Virus record (IMG/VR): IMGVR_UViG_3300045988_101835
Source: a virus
Direction: 5' to 3' (one strand)
Length of the DNA: 64,000 nt
In this document: piece by piece, positions 1 through 7,988 of the stretch
Layout: the number at the start of each line of letters is the position of its first letter
How positions within the stretch are numbered: position 1 is the stretch's first letter
Notes under the pieces: generated by a model
The model's input: the letters and a program-made list of their open reading frames with translations, nothing else
What the model was told of the DNA's origin: nothing
The model's database searches: none
Program-made: the position numbers and the translations under genes

Positions 1-1
1 G

Positions 2-172
2 GATAATGACATGGATAAGCATGGGTTTAATACGGGTTTGCGTGCCGGGGGCAACGTTTTGAATTTTTATATGCGTCATGGTAAGCGTGTCCATGTTTTG
101 ACACCGAATTTGCCTTATAAGGATACGACGCAGCAGTTTCTGGCAGACTTGGCGTTCGCGTTTAACAGTTAG
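2..172 (+). CDS. 3' end of an upstream gene (partial; start lies outside the window)
   Basis: Open from the window edge (...YMRHGKRVHVLTPNLPYKDTTQQFLADLAFAFNS*), with stop TAG at 170-172. Codons are backbone-like (T/G-rich). Absent from the ORF track because it has no start in the window. Confidence 0.4.
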   Translation, partial: DNDMDKHGFNTGLRAGGNVLNFYMRHGKRVHVLTPNLPYKDTTQQFLADLAFAFNS

Positions 173-181
173 GTTTCTTTT

Positions 182-958
182 ATGGTTTACATGGGGTCTA
201 AGGCGGCTTTGGTTTCGGAGCTTGGTCCTATTCTAAAGTCGCATTTGGTTTCGGATTCTCAGTGGTACATTGAGTGTTTTATGGGTGGTGGCAATATGAT
301 TTCTATGATCGACCATCCTTTGCGCTGGGGTAATGACTACAATGATCTTCTGCCGGAGATGTTTTCGTATCTTCAGTCGAAGGTCTATTTTGATGAGCGC
401 ACTTGTGAGTGGTGCTTTCCGGAGGATACTTTCCCCACGGAGGTATCTAAGGAGGAGTATATCTACATGCGTGGTCATAAGGAGGAGTTTCCGAAGTGGC
501 TTGTGGCCTACGTTGGTTTCTGCTGTTCGTTTAAGGCTACGTTTTTTCAGGGTTATGCGGGTAAGATGTATCAGGATCGGAATCGCGCTTCTATTTTCAA
601 GCAGTTCACGGCGCAGTATCATAACGGCATGCGGGGTGTTAAGCTGACTGCCGGGGATTATCGTGATATGGATATTCCGCGTGGGTCATTGTTGTACCTT
701 GATCCGCCTTATGCCAATACGAGTGCTTATAAGTCTAGTGCAGGTTCTATTAATAAGTTCGATCATCCTGCGTTCTATCGTTGGTGTGTTTCACAGGTTA
801 AGGACAATGAGTGTTCTGTGTTTTTGTCGGAGTATACGAAGCCGGATTACGGTACATGGGATACGGTTTGGCAGCAGATCAAGTTTAATAACATGTACTC
901 GGGTGGTGGTCCTAAGCCGTTCAATGTAGAGAAGTTATTTCGCTGCATAGGTGAGTAA
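182..958 (+). CDS. Dam-like N6-adenine DNA methyltransferase
   Basis: 258 aa. It has the SAM-binding motif FMGGGN near the N-terminus and the catalytic DPPY motif (LLYLDPPYANT), the D12/Dam-class layout. Confidence 0.8.
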   Translation: MVYMGSKAALVSELGPILKSHLVSDSQWYIECFMGGGNMISMIDHPLRWGNDYNDLLPEMFSYLQSKVYFDERTCEWCFPEDTFPTEVSKEEYIYMRGHKEEFPKWLVAYVGFCCSFKATFFQGYAGKMYQDRNRASIFKQFTAQYHNGMRGVKLTAGDYRDMDIPRGSLLYLDPPYANTSAYKSSAGSINKFDHPAFYRWCVSQVKDNECSVFLSEYTKPDYGTWDTVWQQIKFNNMYSGGGPKPFNVEKLFRCIGE

Positions 959-973
959 GGTTTTTACCTTTTA

Positions 974-1025
974 TTTGGATTATTAAATTAACTTTTCTAT
1001 CTTTGTGGTGTAGATATAGTTCTAC
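974..1025 (+). promoter_or_regulatory. Bacteroidota-type promoter followed by a conserved inverted repeat (putative operator or leader hairpin)
   Basis: TTTG (974-977), 20-nt spacer, TATCTTTG (998-1005). Four nt later comes GTAGATATAGTTCTAC (1010-1025; arms GTAGA/TCTAC). The same block recurs at 52636-52687. Confidence 0.6.
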
Positions 1026-1050
1026 AGGTAATTTAATATGGCTTTGAGTT

Positions 1051-1329
1051 ATGGGTACTACCTTCAAGGATTTGGCTTTGTTCTTTGTGTTTCTAGCTGA
1101 GGAAGGAGCTACGGCTCAGTTTTTCGAGAATTGGGTTCCCAACGATCCGTTTTGTCGTGCGTGTTCAGATATTGTAGGTTCGTTCACTTTGTGGGTTCAA
1201 AGATATGGCGTGGCTTGGGACTCTTATATTACTTCCTCTTTTCGTTGGGGGTGCTCCCTTGAAGGTCCTGCTTACTGGTCGGATTTAAACTTCAAATGGT
1301 TGAGTTATTATGGGACGGTTTGTAAGTAG
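1051..1329 (+). CDS. hypothetical protein (first gene of an early operon)
   Basis: 92-aa ORF 26 nt downstream of the operator block. No motif recognised. Confidence 0.4.
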   Translation: MGTTFKDLALFFVFLAEEGATAQFFENWVPNDPFCRACSDIVGSFTLWVQRYGVAWDSYITSSFRWGCSLEGPAYWSDLNFKWLSYYGTVCK

Positions 1330-1927
1330 CGACAGTGTGGTGTATACTCGCTTTTGCGAGATCATCAATGGGTTCACGGGTTATGCTATGACCCGTCAGG
1401 ACTTCGAGTCTATTCTGGAGCGATGTGGTAGTCCTTATGCGTGGAGTACGGTCCGGGCGTGGCTTAGGGGTTTGGAGCGCTTAGGCTTCGTTTATCCGTT
1501 GTATAACATCGACCAAGTGCGTTCGGGTGCTAAGCAGGTGTGGTTCTTGTATCATCCCTTGCTGCATCCTTTGCGTTCTACGGAGCTTAAGTACGCTAAG
1601 AGTCTTTCTCCTGTAGAGTCTATCCAGTTGAAGTTTTCTCCGGTTCTGTCTCGTTTAGGAGATACTCGTCCGTGGCATGCTGCTTTACATGCTATTAATT
1701 CTCGAGTTTTCCATGTAGACGTGAATCTTAAGTTCAAGATTGGTATGGGAGTTGTGAATCGGATTTTCGCTCCTCATGTTAATAGTTTGTTTGCGGCGCC
1801 TGTTGTATCTTCTATGTTTGTTATGAGCTTGATTGCTTCTGGGGTTTGTAAGAGGATTTACGAATTAAAGCTGCAGAAAGCCCACGCCTTTAGGCGTGGG
1901 ATGAATGCAGCCTATCTTTTCTTCTGA
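1310..1927 (+). CDS. hypothetical protein with its 3' end altered by the IS insertion
   Basis: 205-aa ORF. The last 22 codons plus stop (ELKLQKAHAFRRGMNAAYLFF*) are read from the IS left end. Joining the flanks across the IS restores ...GVCKRIYIWRL*. Confidence 0.45.
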   Translation: MGRFVSSDSVVYTRFCEIINGFTGYAMTRQDFESILERCGSPYAWSTVRAWLRGLERLGFVYPLYNIDQVRSGAKQVWFLYHPLLHPLRSTELKYAKSLSPVESIQLKFSPVLSRLGDTRPWHAALHAINSRVFHVDVNLKFKIGMGVVNRIFAPHVNSLFAAPVVSSMFVMSLIASGVCKRIYELKLQKAHAFRRGMNAAYLFF

Positions 1928-2310
1928 TCCTCGATATATCGACGTATTGTATCTTCAGAAATGTGTCCTATCGTCTCAACGTAATAGGATCGCGTCCAGA
2001 GGGTCGGCATGCGTGTCTGCAGCGACGGAAATTCAAGCCGGAGCGTATGTGATGTGTAACCCTTAAGCTGTGCCACAATCCGCGCAACCGGATCAATCGG
2101 GTTGGCCTTAATAAAAAGATGAACATGGTCGGGCATGACCTCCAGCGACTCGATAACCCATCCGAACTTGATAGCTTGCTCATGGAGCAAGACATTAAAA
2201 CGTTTTGCAATATCACCCGTTAAAACCTTTCGACGATACTTGGAGCACCAGATGATATGATAGGCTACATTATAGACGGAGCCTTTATTTATCTGCCAAC
2301 GGGTACGCAT
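1912..2310 (-). CDS. tnpA: IS200/IS605 Y1 (HUH) transposase TnpA
   Basis: 132 aa from the internal Met (MRTRWQINKG...). It has the HUH motif HVHLFI and a C-terminal catalytic Tyr region (WTRSYYVETIG). The track ORF 1912..2469 carries a spurious N-terminal extension that crosses the divergent promoter. Confidence 0.85.
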   Translation of the reverse strand: MRTRWQINKGSVYNVAYHIIWCSKYRRKVLTGDIAKRFNVLLHEQAIKFGWVIESLEVMPDHVHLFIKANPIDPVARIVAQLKGYTSHTLRLEFPSLQTRMPTLWTRSYYVETIGHISEDTIRRYIEDQKKR

Positions 2311-2318
2311 GGTTTTTA

Positions 2319-2350
2319 TTTGCAAAAATAGTATTCTATTCTTATATTTG
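2319..2350 (+). promoter_or_regulatory. Bacteroidota-type promoter for tnpB
   Basis: TTTG (2319-2322), 20-nt spacer, TATATTTG (2343-2350), 20 nt upstream of the tnpB ATG. Confidence 0.55.
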
Positions 2351-2369
2351 TGGCATAAAGAGTACAATA

Positions 2370-3500
2370 ATGTTGACCTACAAGTACAAACTCTATAGGA
2401 CGCATCGGACCATATGGTTGGATCGGATGCTTCGTGAGTGTGCGTTTGTATGGAACCATGCGCTTGCACTTCAACGTAGATACTACCATTTGTACGGTAA
2501 GTACGTTTCGTCGGTAGATATGCAGAAGCATTTCGCCAAACGCATCAAGCGGCATCTATTGTACTCACATAATAGCGTTGAGGTATTACAGAGATTGGAC
2601 GCAGCTTACCAACGGTTCTTCAAGAAGCTTGCTAAGCGTCCGCCTAAGTTTCGCCGGGCTTCAGACTTTCAGTCATTCGTCTACAAACTCCACTATGGCT
2701 ATAAAATAGACGGCAATTGCTTTACAATTAACAGACTTAAGAAAACTTATAAATTTCACAAATCCCGTGACTTTGCGGGTGCAATAAAGACGGTTCGTGT
2801 TAAACGCGATCCATGCGGTGACTTTTGGTTATACATTACAACCGATGCCAAAGTAGAAGCCAGCAACACGACATATGATGGTGCGGTTGTAGGAATTGAC
2901 TTTGGCCTTAAGACATATCTGACGTTATCCGACGGGCGCAGCTATGCGAACCCGCAATTCTTCAAGCAGACGCTGCGCGACATCCGTAAGGCGCATCGTC
3001 GGCTGAGCCGTTCCGTCAAAGGATCCAATAACCACCGCCGTCGGTGGTTGGAGCTTGGTCGGATCTACCGTAGGATTAGCAATCATCGCGACGATTATCA
3101 GTGGCGCTTGGCACATGAGTTATGTCGTCGTTATTCTACGATCTGCTTGGAGACACTAAGCCTTGACGGGATGCGCCGGTTGTGGGGTCGCAAGGTTTCG
3201 GATCTCAGCCACGCATCGTTCGTATCGCACTTGGAATTCGTAGCCACTAAGTATGGCACGAGCGTTGTGCATGTCGACAAGTGGTTTGCTAGCAGCAAGA
3301 CGTGTAGTTGTTGCGGATACGTTAATAAGGAGCTTCGTTTGGTTGCTCGATCGTGGGTTTGTCCACAATGTGGTACGCACCATGATCGTGATCTAAACGC
3401 GGCGTTAAACATTAAGCGTTCGGGCATGGGCGCGTTGATTAGTGGTTGTAAGTCCGCTTCGGCGGCCGCCATGCTTGAGTCAAGAATCCAGCGGCTTTAG
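2370..3500 (+). CDS. tnpB: TnpB (OrfB) RNA-guided RuvC nuclease
   Basis: 376 aa. RuvC triad context: VGIDFGLK, ICLETLSLDGM and HHDRDLNAALNI, plus the zinc ribbon CSCCGY...CPQCG. Confidence 0.9.
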   Translation: MLTYKYKLYRTHRTIWLDRMLRECAFVWNHALALQRRYYHLYGKYVSSVDMQKHFAKRIKRHLLYSHNSVEVLQRLDAAYQRFFKKLAKRPPKFRRASDFQSFVYKLHYGYKIDGNCFTINRLKKTYKFHKSRDFAGAIKTVRVKRDPCGDFWLYITTDAKVEASNTTYDGAVVGIDFGLKTYLTLSDGRSYANPQFFKQTLRDIRKAHRRLSRSVKGSNNHRRRWLELGRIYRRISNHRDDYQWRLAHELCRRYSTICLETLSLDGMRRLWGRKVSDLSHASFVSHLEFVATKYGTSVVHVDKWFASSKTCSCCGYVNKELRLVARSWVCPQCGTHHDRDLNAALNIKRSGMGALISGCKSASAAAMLESRIQRL

Positions 3501-3537
3501 CCGCGGGAGTATGTCAAATATGGAGGTTATGATCTCG
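3370..3537 (+). ncRNA. predicted omega (right-end) RNA of TnpB: scaffold plus about 20-nt guide
   Basis: Placed by analogy with characterised TnpB systems. The scaffold overlaps the tnpB 3' end and the RE hairpin (3488-3507). The guide would be the flank ATATGGAGGTTATGATCTCG (3518-3537). The 5' boundary is a guess. Confidence 0.35.
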
Positions 3538-3603
3538 CGGGTTGGGTCCTTAAGATTAAGTCTACTCTCTCGGATATGGGTGTTTCTTTGAACAGTGATT
3601 TTT

Positions 3604-5880
3604 ATGGCTGGGGGAAATAGTACTACTACTTTAGCGAATCTTTATCGTCCCAAGACTTTTGCGGACGTCGTGGGCCAGCCTTTGGCGGTTACCACCTTGA
3701 AGCGTATTGCCCATGCGGACGGTATCGCCGCACGTGCTATTTTTATGAAGGGTGCGTTTGGCTCCGGTAAAACTACGACTGCCCGTATTTTTGCTAGAGC
3801 TTTGAACTGTGATACTTTCAAGCAGACTGACGATGTTTGTAATACGTGTGATGGTTGTCTGGAGGCTTCGTCGGTTAATTCCTCTACGTATTGGGAGCTT
3901 GATGGTACAGTCATAGGTAACGTCGAGGGTATTCGTGCTCTGAAGGAGCGCTTGTCTATTGTTCCTAATGGTCGTAGGGTTGTCTGTCTTGACGAAGTTC
4001 AGAGTTGCTTGTACTATAATACACCTGTAGTGTGTGTATCAGATGACGGCAGTATTTACCGTCAGCCGATTCACAAGATTGTTAATAATCGGCTACCTGT
4101 GAAGGTTCTTTCGGTTAACGCTGCGGGAGGTCTTTGTGTTTCTCGTGTTACGGGTTGGTTTAAGAATCCTCTTAAGCAGTTATGTCGTATTAAGGTACGG
4201 GGCGCTTCTGGTCTTAAAAAGATTGGTTCTGGCTCGCGGGTAATAGTTTGTACTTTAGATCATCGCTTTTTACGTTCGGATGGTGAGTATGTTTGTGCTT
4301 CGGACTTACATTTAGGAGATTCGTTGTCATCTTTTTTTAGTGTGTGCGGGGATCGTTTTATTCAGGCAGAGCTTAATAAGCGTACTGAGTATATCATTTC
4401 CGATTCAACAAAGTCGTTCCTTTATGGGAGTCTTTTGGGTGATATGTACTTTTCTTCTGGTGATGTAAATTACAATTATCGTTTGAAGTGCACTCATGGA
4501 CATGTTCAGCTTTTTTGGTTACGTGAGAAGCATCGTATACTTGGGTGCTTAGCTGGGGCCTTGCGGGAGTTTGTTAGCTCGCCGGGTGCTTATGTTGATT
4601 CAGTTTCTGTTATGAATTCGTTGAGTCATCCTTTATTTACCGAGATGGCGAGAGTTTGTTGTGGTTCTGATGGGAAACGTCACGTAAATATGGAGTGGTT
4701 GTCTCATGTCGACGAGATAGGGTTAGCTGCTTGGTTTATGGATGATGGTTCTTATCATTTTCGTCGTTTGCGTAATAAACAGGTAACCTGCTTGCATGGG
4801 GTTCAACTGTCTACTCATAGCTTTACTTATGAGGAAAATGAACTTTTAGTTAAGTGGTTATCTGATCGTTGGGGTCTAGATTTTTATATTAGGGTTGATA
4901 AGAGATGTGGTAAGCCTTACTTAGTTTCTAGTCATGTTGAGTCTGCTAGGAAGTTTTTAGCACTTGTTGCTCCTTTCCTTTGCAAGGAGTTTCAATATAA
5001 GTTAGGTAACACTTTTGAGGCTGGTGGTGGTGTTAGGTCTATTCCAGCAATTTCCAAGCGAGTCCCGGAATACTTCGGCGGTTTTTTATTCGATGGGGTT
5101 GTCGAGAGTATTGAGATTTTTGACCCTCCGAAGTACTCATCTGTTAAATCTGGCTGTTTGTCTAGCGAGAATAAATATCCTTATGATAATGGTTGGGTAT
5201 ACGACTTGGAGGTAGCAGATACTCATTCTTATATTGCAGGCCGGGGATTTGTGGTTCATAACTGCAGCAGGAGTGCGAGTGACGCTTTATTGAAGGTTGT
5301 CGAGGAGGGAGTTCCTAATACGATCTTTCTCTTTTGTGGCACGGAGGATATCCAGCCAACTTTAAAGTCTCGTTGTGTAAATATTGACATTTCGGTTATT
5401 CCTTTGTCTTTGATTGCGGATCGCGTTCGGTTTATAGCTAACGACCGGGGTATCTCTATTACGGATGATCAGCTTCGAATCTTGGCTATGAAGTCTCAGG
5501 GTCACATGCGGGATGCCCTTCAGTTGCTTCAGTTTTACGAGCTTGCGGGCGAACGTGCTCTTGACAGCTCCTACTTCTTGTTCCGGGAGTTTGTGCGCTC
5601 TTGCTTCGCAAAGGGCGCCGATCCTTCGTCCGTTTTGCCAAAGCTGTTGGTTTATTCCACTGCAGATATAAAGATGTCTGTAGGGCTTCTTATTCGCAAT
5701 ATTTTCGGCAGTGTTCAGGATGACTCTTTGGAGTCTAAGTTCCAGCGTGCGGGTCTGGGTCAGACGTTGTTTAGCTTTTTCTTTTCTCCGTTAGCTCAGC
5801 AGGCTTTGGGTTCTGAGATTGGGACAGAGATTTTGCTTAGGTCTTTAATGGAGCGAACTGCGGGTTCTCGAAAGGTGTAG
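3604..5880 (+). CDS. clamp-loader ATPase (DnaX / RFC / T4 gp44 family), interrupted by an intein
   Basis: Walker A GAFGSGKTTT, Walker B VVCLDEVQ, and an SRC motif (LKSRCVNI). The extein junction DEVQS|CSRSASDALLKVVEEG reconstitutes the DEVH-x-LS-xx-A-x-NALLK pattern. A GTG at 3595 is an alternative start. Confidence 0.8.
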   Translation: MAGGNSTTTLANLYRPKTFADVVGQPLAVTTLKRIAHADGIAARAIFMKGAFGSGKTTTARIFARALNCDTFKQTDDVCNTCDGCLEASSVNSSTYWELDGTVIGNVEGIRALKERLSIVPNGRRVVCLDEVQSCLYYNTPVVCVSDDGSIYRQPIHKIVNNRLPVKVLSVNAAGGLCVSRVTGWFKNPLKQLCRIKVRGASGLKKIGSGSRVIVCTLDHRFLRSDGEYVCASDLHLGDSLSSFFSVCGDRFIQAELNKRTEYIISDSTKSFLYGSLLGDMYFSSGDVNYNYRLKCTHGHVQLFWLREKHRILGCLAGALREFVSSPGAYVDSVSVMNSLSHPLFTEMARVCCGSDGKRHVNMEWLSHVDEIGLAAWFMDDGSYHFRRLRNKQVTCLHGVQLSTHSFTYEENELLVKWLSDRWGLDFYIRVDKRCGKPYLVSSHVESARKFLALVAPFLCKEFQYKLGNTFEAGGGVRSIPAISKRVPEYFGGFLFDGVVESIEIFDPPKYSSVKSGCLSSENKYPYDNGWVYDLEVADTHSYIAGRGFVVHNCSRSASDALLKVVEEGVPNTIFLFCGTEDIQPTLKSRCVNIDISVIPLSLIADRVRFIANDRGISITDDQLRILAMKSQGHMRDALQLLQFYELAGERALDSSYFLFREFVRSCFAKGADPSSVLPKLLVYSTADIKMSVGLLIRNIFGSVQDDSLESKFQRAGLGQTLFSFFFSPLAQQALGSEIGTEILLRSLMERTAGSRKV
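4006..5262 (+). mobile_element. intein (419 aa) with a LAGLIDADG homing-endonuclease domain
   Basis: Starts at Cys (CLYYNTPVV). Block B is TLDHRF. The two LAGLIDADG motifs are LYGSLLGDMYF and AAWFMDDGSY. It ends in VVHN, followed by a +1 Cys. The insertion sits just after Walker B. Confidence 0.8.
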
Positions 5881-5889
5881 GTTTTTGTT

Positions 5890-6468
5890 ATGGTTGATCG
5901 CGTGGATATTGTAGATTTAGATTCTGCTGCTGAGGTTAGTGTTTCGTCGGCTCGTGTTGTTATAGATAAGCGGCTGTTGCTTTCTTTTTACATGCATCCT
6001 ACGGATGAGACTACGGAGGCGGAGCTTGCTGAGATTAATAAGGTCATCAGCATTGTTTTGAATACTCATTTTGGTAAGTATTACCGCATGTTTGATGACT
6101 TGCGTTCGCAGGCTCTTGCTACTATTATAGAGCGTCATGATCGCTTTGACTCGAAGATGGCAGCTTATCCTTATCTGTATACCATGATTCGCAATGAAGC
6201 GGGTAATTTGATTCGTCGTTTGCTTCGTGAGGATGACCTTGAGGTTCTGCCGCCGTCACGCGGTCGTGTTGCAGAGATTATTCCGAGTGTTTTAGACGAG
6301 CTTCTGCCGTTCTTGTCGGGTGACTCTCCGTTTACACGTATAGAGATTCCGCATGGTCTTGTAGGTCCGTTTCTTGTCTTTTGCCAATGTGGCTTAAACA
6401 AGAAACAGTCGGAGTCGGAGGCTATGGAGTCGGTTATCGGCAAATTGGTTGACATTTTTATTTTTTAA
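5890..6468 (+). CDS. sigma-70 region-2-like factor (candidate phage late sigma, T4 gp55 analogue)
   Basis: 192 aa. DDLRSQALATIIERHDRFDSKMAAYPYLYTMIRNEAGNLIRR fits the region 2.1-2.4 pattern (D..QEa......F......f..WLy.Ia.N......R). Confidence 0.6.
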   Translation: MVDRVDIVDLDSAAEVSVSSARVVIDKRLLLSFYMHPTDETTEAELAEINKVISIVLNTHFGKYYRMFDDLRSQALATIIERHDRFDSKMAAYPYLYTMIRNEAGNLIRRLLREDDLEVLPPSRGRVAEIIPSVLDELLPFLSGDSPFTRIEIPHGLVGPFLVFCQCGLNKKQSESEAMESVIGKLVDIFIF

Positions 6469-6480
6469 TTTTATTATCGC

Positions 6481-7386
6481 ATGGACGAAAATACTATTTT
6501 AGGAGAGGATTCTCCCGTCACGAGTTTGGAGTCTTTGGTTCGTCTCGGCACGGCCACGGAGACGGATTTGGGTATGCAGATGCGTGCCATCATGGTAGGT
6601 GTTTCTACCGCTGCTTGTAACATTGTGGAGCGTCTTCACAATCAGTCTATGGCCTGCGCTAATATTATGCAGCGTCTTTCTGACAAGCATTTGGAGAAGT
6701 TGTCGGAGGAGATCGAGACGATGGATCGCACTGAGCTGGATGTTGAGTATAAGAATCTCATGGCTCGTCAGATCGAGGTTGCCAAGCTGGAGATCAAGAT
6801 TGCTCAGGGTAAGGCTATGTTCCCTGAGGATTCTTTCTCGGAGGAGGATCGTAAGATTCTGCGTATGCTTTCGGCGCTTCGTTCGAAGGAGGATCGCCAG
6901 CGCTTCGTTCGCATTCTGTCGGAGGAGTTCGGTGACGAGAATAGCTTCGATAGCGAGCCTGTGGTTCCTTCGGAGCCTATTTACGATGCAGTCGATCCTG
7001 CTGATTCGGAGTTGACGCGCGGTGGTCGTGTTCGTCGTGCGTCACGTAAGGTTTCGGCTGGCCGCGAGATGCCTCAGGATGAGTTCGCTGAGATGGAAAC
7101 TACGGTTACGGTTGCTCCGGAGAATCCCACGAAATCGGTGGATATTGACGTTGTGGTTCCGGATAGCAGTGTCGGCGTTCCGCAGCACGCTATCGAGCCT
7201 ACGCCGACGTCGGGTGTCGAGGTTGGTCCTGAGTCGCTTGCGGATGCTCCGTCGGATGTCAAGCTTCCGGAGCCGCCGGAGATTCCGGGATTCGAGCTTC
7301 CGCATGATGAGTCTCCGGCTCCTGCGCCTGCTGCTCAGCCTGCTCAGGCGATTCCTGACTTTGAGGACGAGTTCGCAGGCATGTAG
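6481..7386 (+). CDS. hypothetical acidic protein (coiled-coil N-terminal half, Pro/Glu-rich C-terminal half)
   Basis: 301-aa ORF with backbone codon usage. No motif recognised. Confidence 0.5.
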   Translation: MDENTILGEDSPVTSLESLVRLGTATETDLGMQMRAIMVGVSTAACNIVERLHNQSMACANIMQRLSDKHLEKLSEEIETMDRTELDVEYKNLMARQIEVAKLEIKIAQGKAMFPEDSFSEEDRKILRMLSALRSKEDRQRFVRILSEEFGDENSFDSEPVVPSEPIYDAVDPADSELTRGGRVRRASRKVSAGREMPQDEFAEMETTVTVAPENPTKSVDIDVVVPDSSVGVPQHAIEPTPTSGVEVGPESLADAPSDVKLPEPPEIPGFELPHDESPAPAPAAQPAQAIPDFEDEFAGM

Positions 7387-7402
7387 TCTCCAGCCTTTGA
7401 GT

Positions 7403-7422
7403 CAATTATATATCCCGGAAAT
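7403..7422 (+). promoter_or_regulatory. late-promoter motif copy 1
   Basis: CAATTATATATCCCGGAAAT, 33 nt upstream of ATG 7455. Confidence 0.6.
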
Positions 7423-7454
7423 CTTGGTAGATTTCTGGGGTATTTTGTTTGGTT

Positions 7455-7988
7455 ATGAATGAAGGTTTGATTTGCGGTTTATCGCGTGTTGAGGATTCTC
7501 TGGATGATTTGTATTCGGAGGCCTATGTTGCTTCTATGGGCCAGCTTTTGGAGATTGCGGCCTGCGAGGAGATTCTGGCTTGGGCACAGTATGCTGTAGT
7601 TTCTCCCTATCTTGTTGGCGAGGAGCGTGCTAACATCGAGGAGCTTTTCAATACGAATGCCAAGGACGAGCTTGACGATCATTTCTGGAAGCTCCAGAAC
7701 CGCATGAATGAACTTCAGTACGTCCCTAAGACGTTATTTGACTTTTCTAAGATTCAGTCTACCGCCCGTTGTGAGTACCATATCCCTACGGATGTTGCGG
7801 ACTTGATTACGCTTCTCAAGCAGAATATCGAGTCGGAGGAGTGCGCTATTCGCACTTACCAGAATATCATTATGGTTGCCCGTGATAATTCCGATTTTGT
7901 CACGGAGCGTATTGCTAAGGAGATTCAGGACGACGAGGCTCAGCATCTCTCGGACTTGAATGACTTTTTGGCCGACTTGGAGTCTTAG
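7455..7988 (+). CDS. ferritin-like (four-helix-bundle di-iron type) protein
   Basis: About 177 aa. ExxH-type motifs (EECAIRTY...DDEAQHLSDL) are spaced as in ferritin/rubrerythrin-like proteins. Confidence 0.45.
   Translation: MNEGLICGLSRVEDSLDDLYSEAYVASMGQLLEIAACEEILAWAQYAVVSPYLVGEERANIEELFNTNAKDELDDHFWKLQNRMNELQYVPKTLFDFSKIQSTARCEYHIPTDVADLITLLKQNIESEECAIRTYQNIIMVARDNSDFVTERIAKEIQDDEAQHLSDLNDFLADLES

Larger units (their letters stand above)
1862..3517 (+). mobile_element. IS200/IS605-family insertion sequence (IS605 gene layout, IS608-like ends)
   Basis: Flank TTAC at 1858-1861. The LE hairpin CCCACGCC-TTTA-GGCGTGGG (1881-1900) starts exactly 19 nt after TTAC. The RE imperfect hairpin CCAGCGGC-TTTA-GCCGCGGG (3488-3507) is followed by 10 nt ending in TCAA (3514-3517). 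tnpA and tnpB are divergent, and composition differs from the backbone. Confidence 0.8.

Noticed and set aside
1912-2469. The full 185-aa track ORF for tnpA.
   Set aside because: The first 53 codons cross the divergent tnpB promoter and overlap the tnpB start. IS200-type TnpA proteins are about 130-150 aa, and the internal Met at 2310 gives a 132-aa protein with all motifs.
6599-7462. Off-frame + strand ORFs rich in Arg/Leu/Ser/Phe (6599..7015, 7022..7462, 333..647, 10954..11355, 13141..13428, 43811..44146, 44174..44554 and many others).
   Set aside because: They are alternative frames of real genes. The same composition effect removes stop codons in these frames, and the sequences are repetitive RL/RS strings without protein-like patterns.
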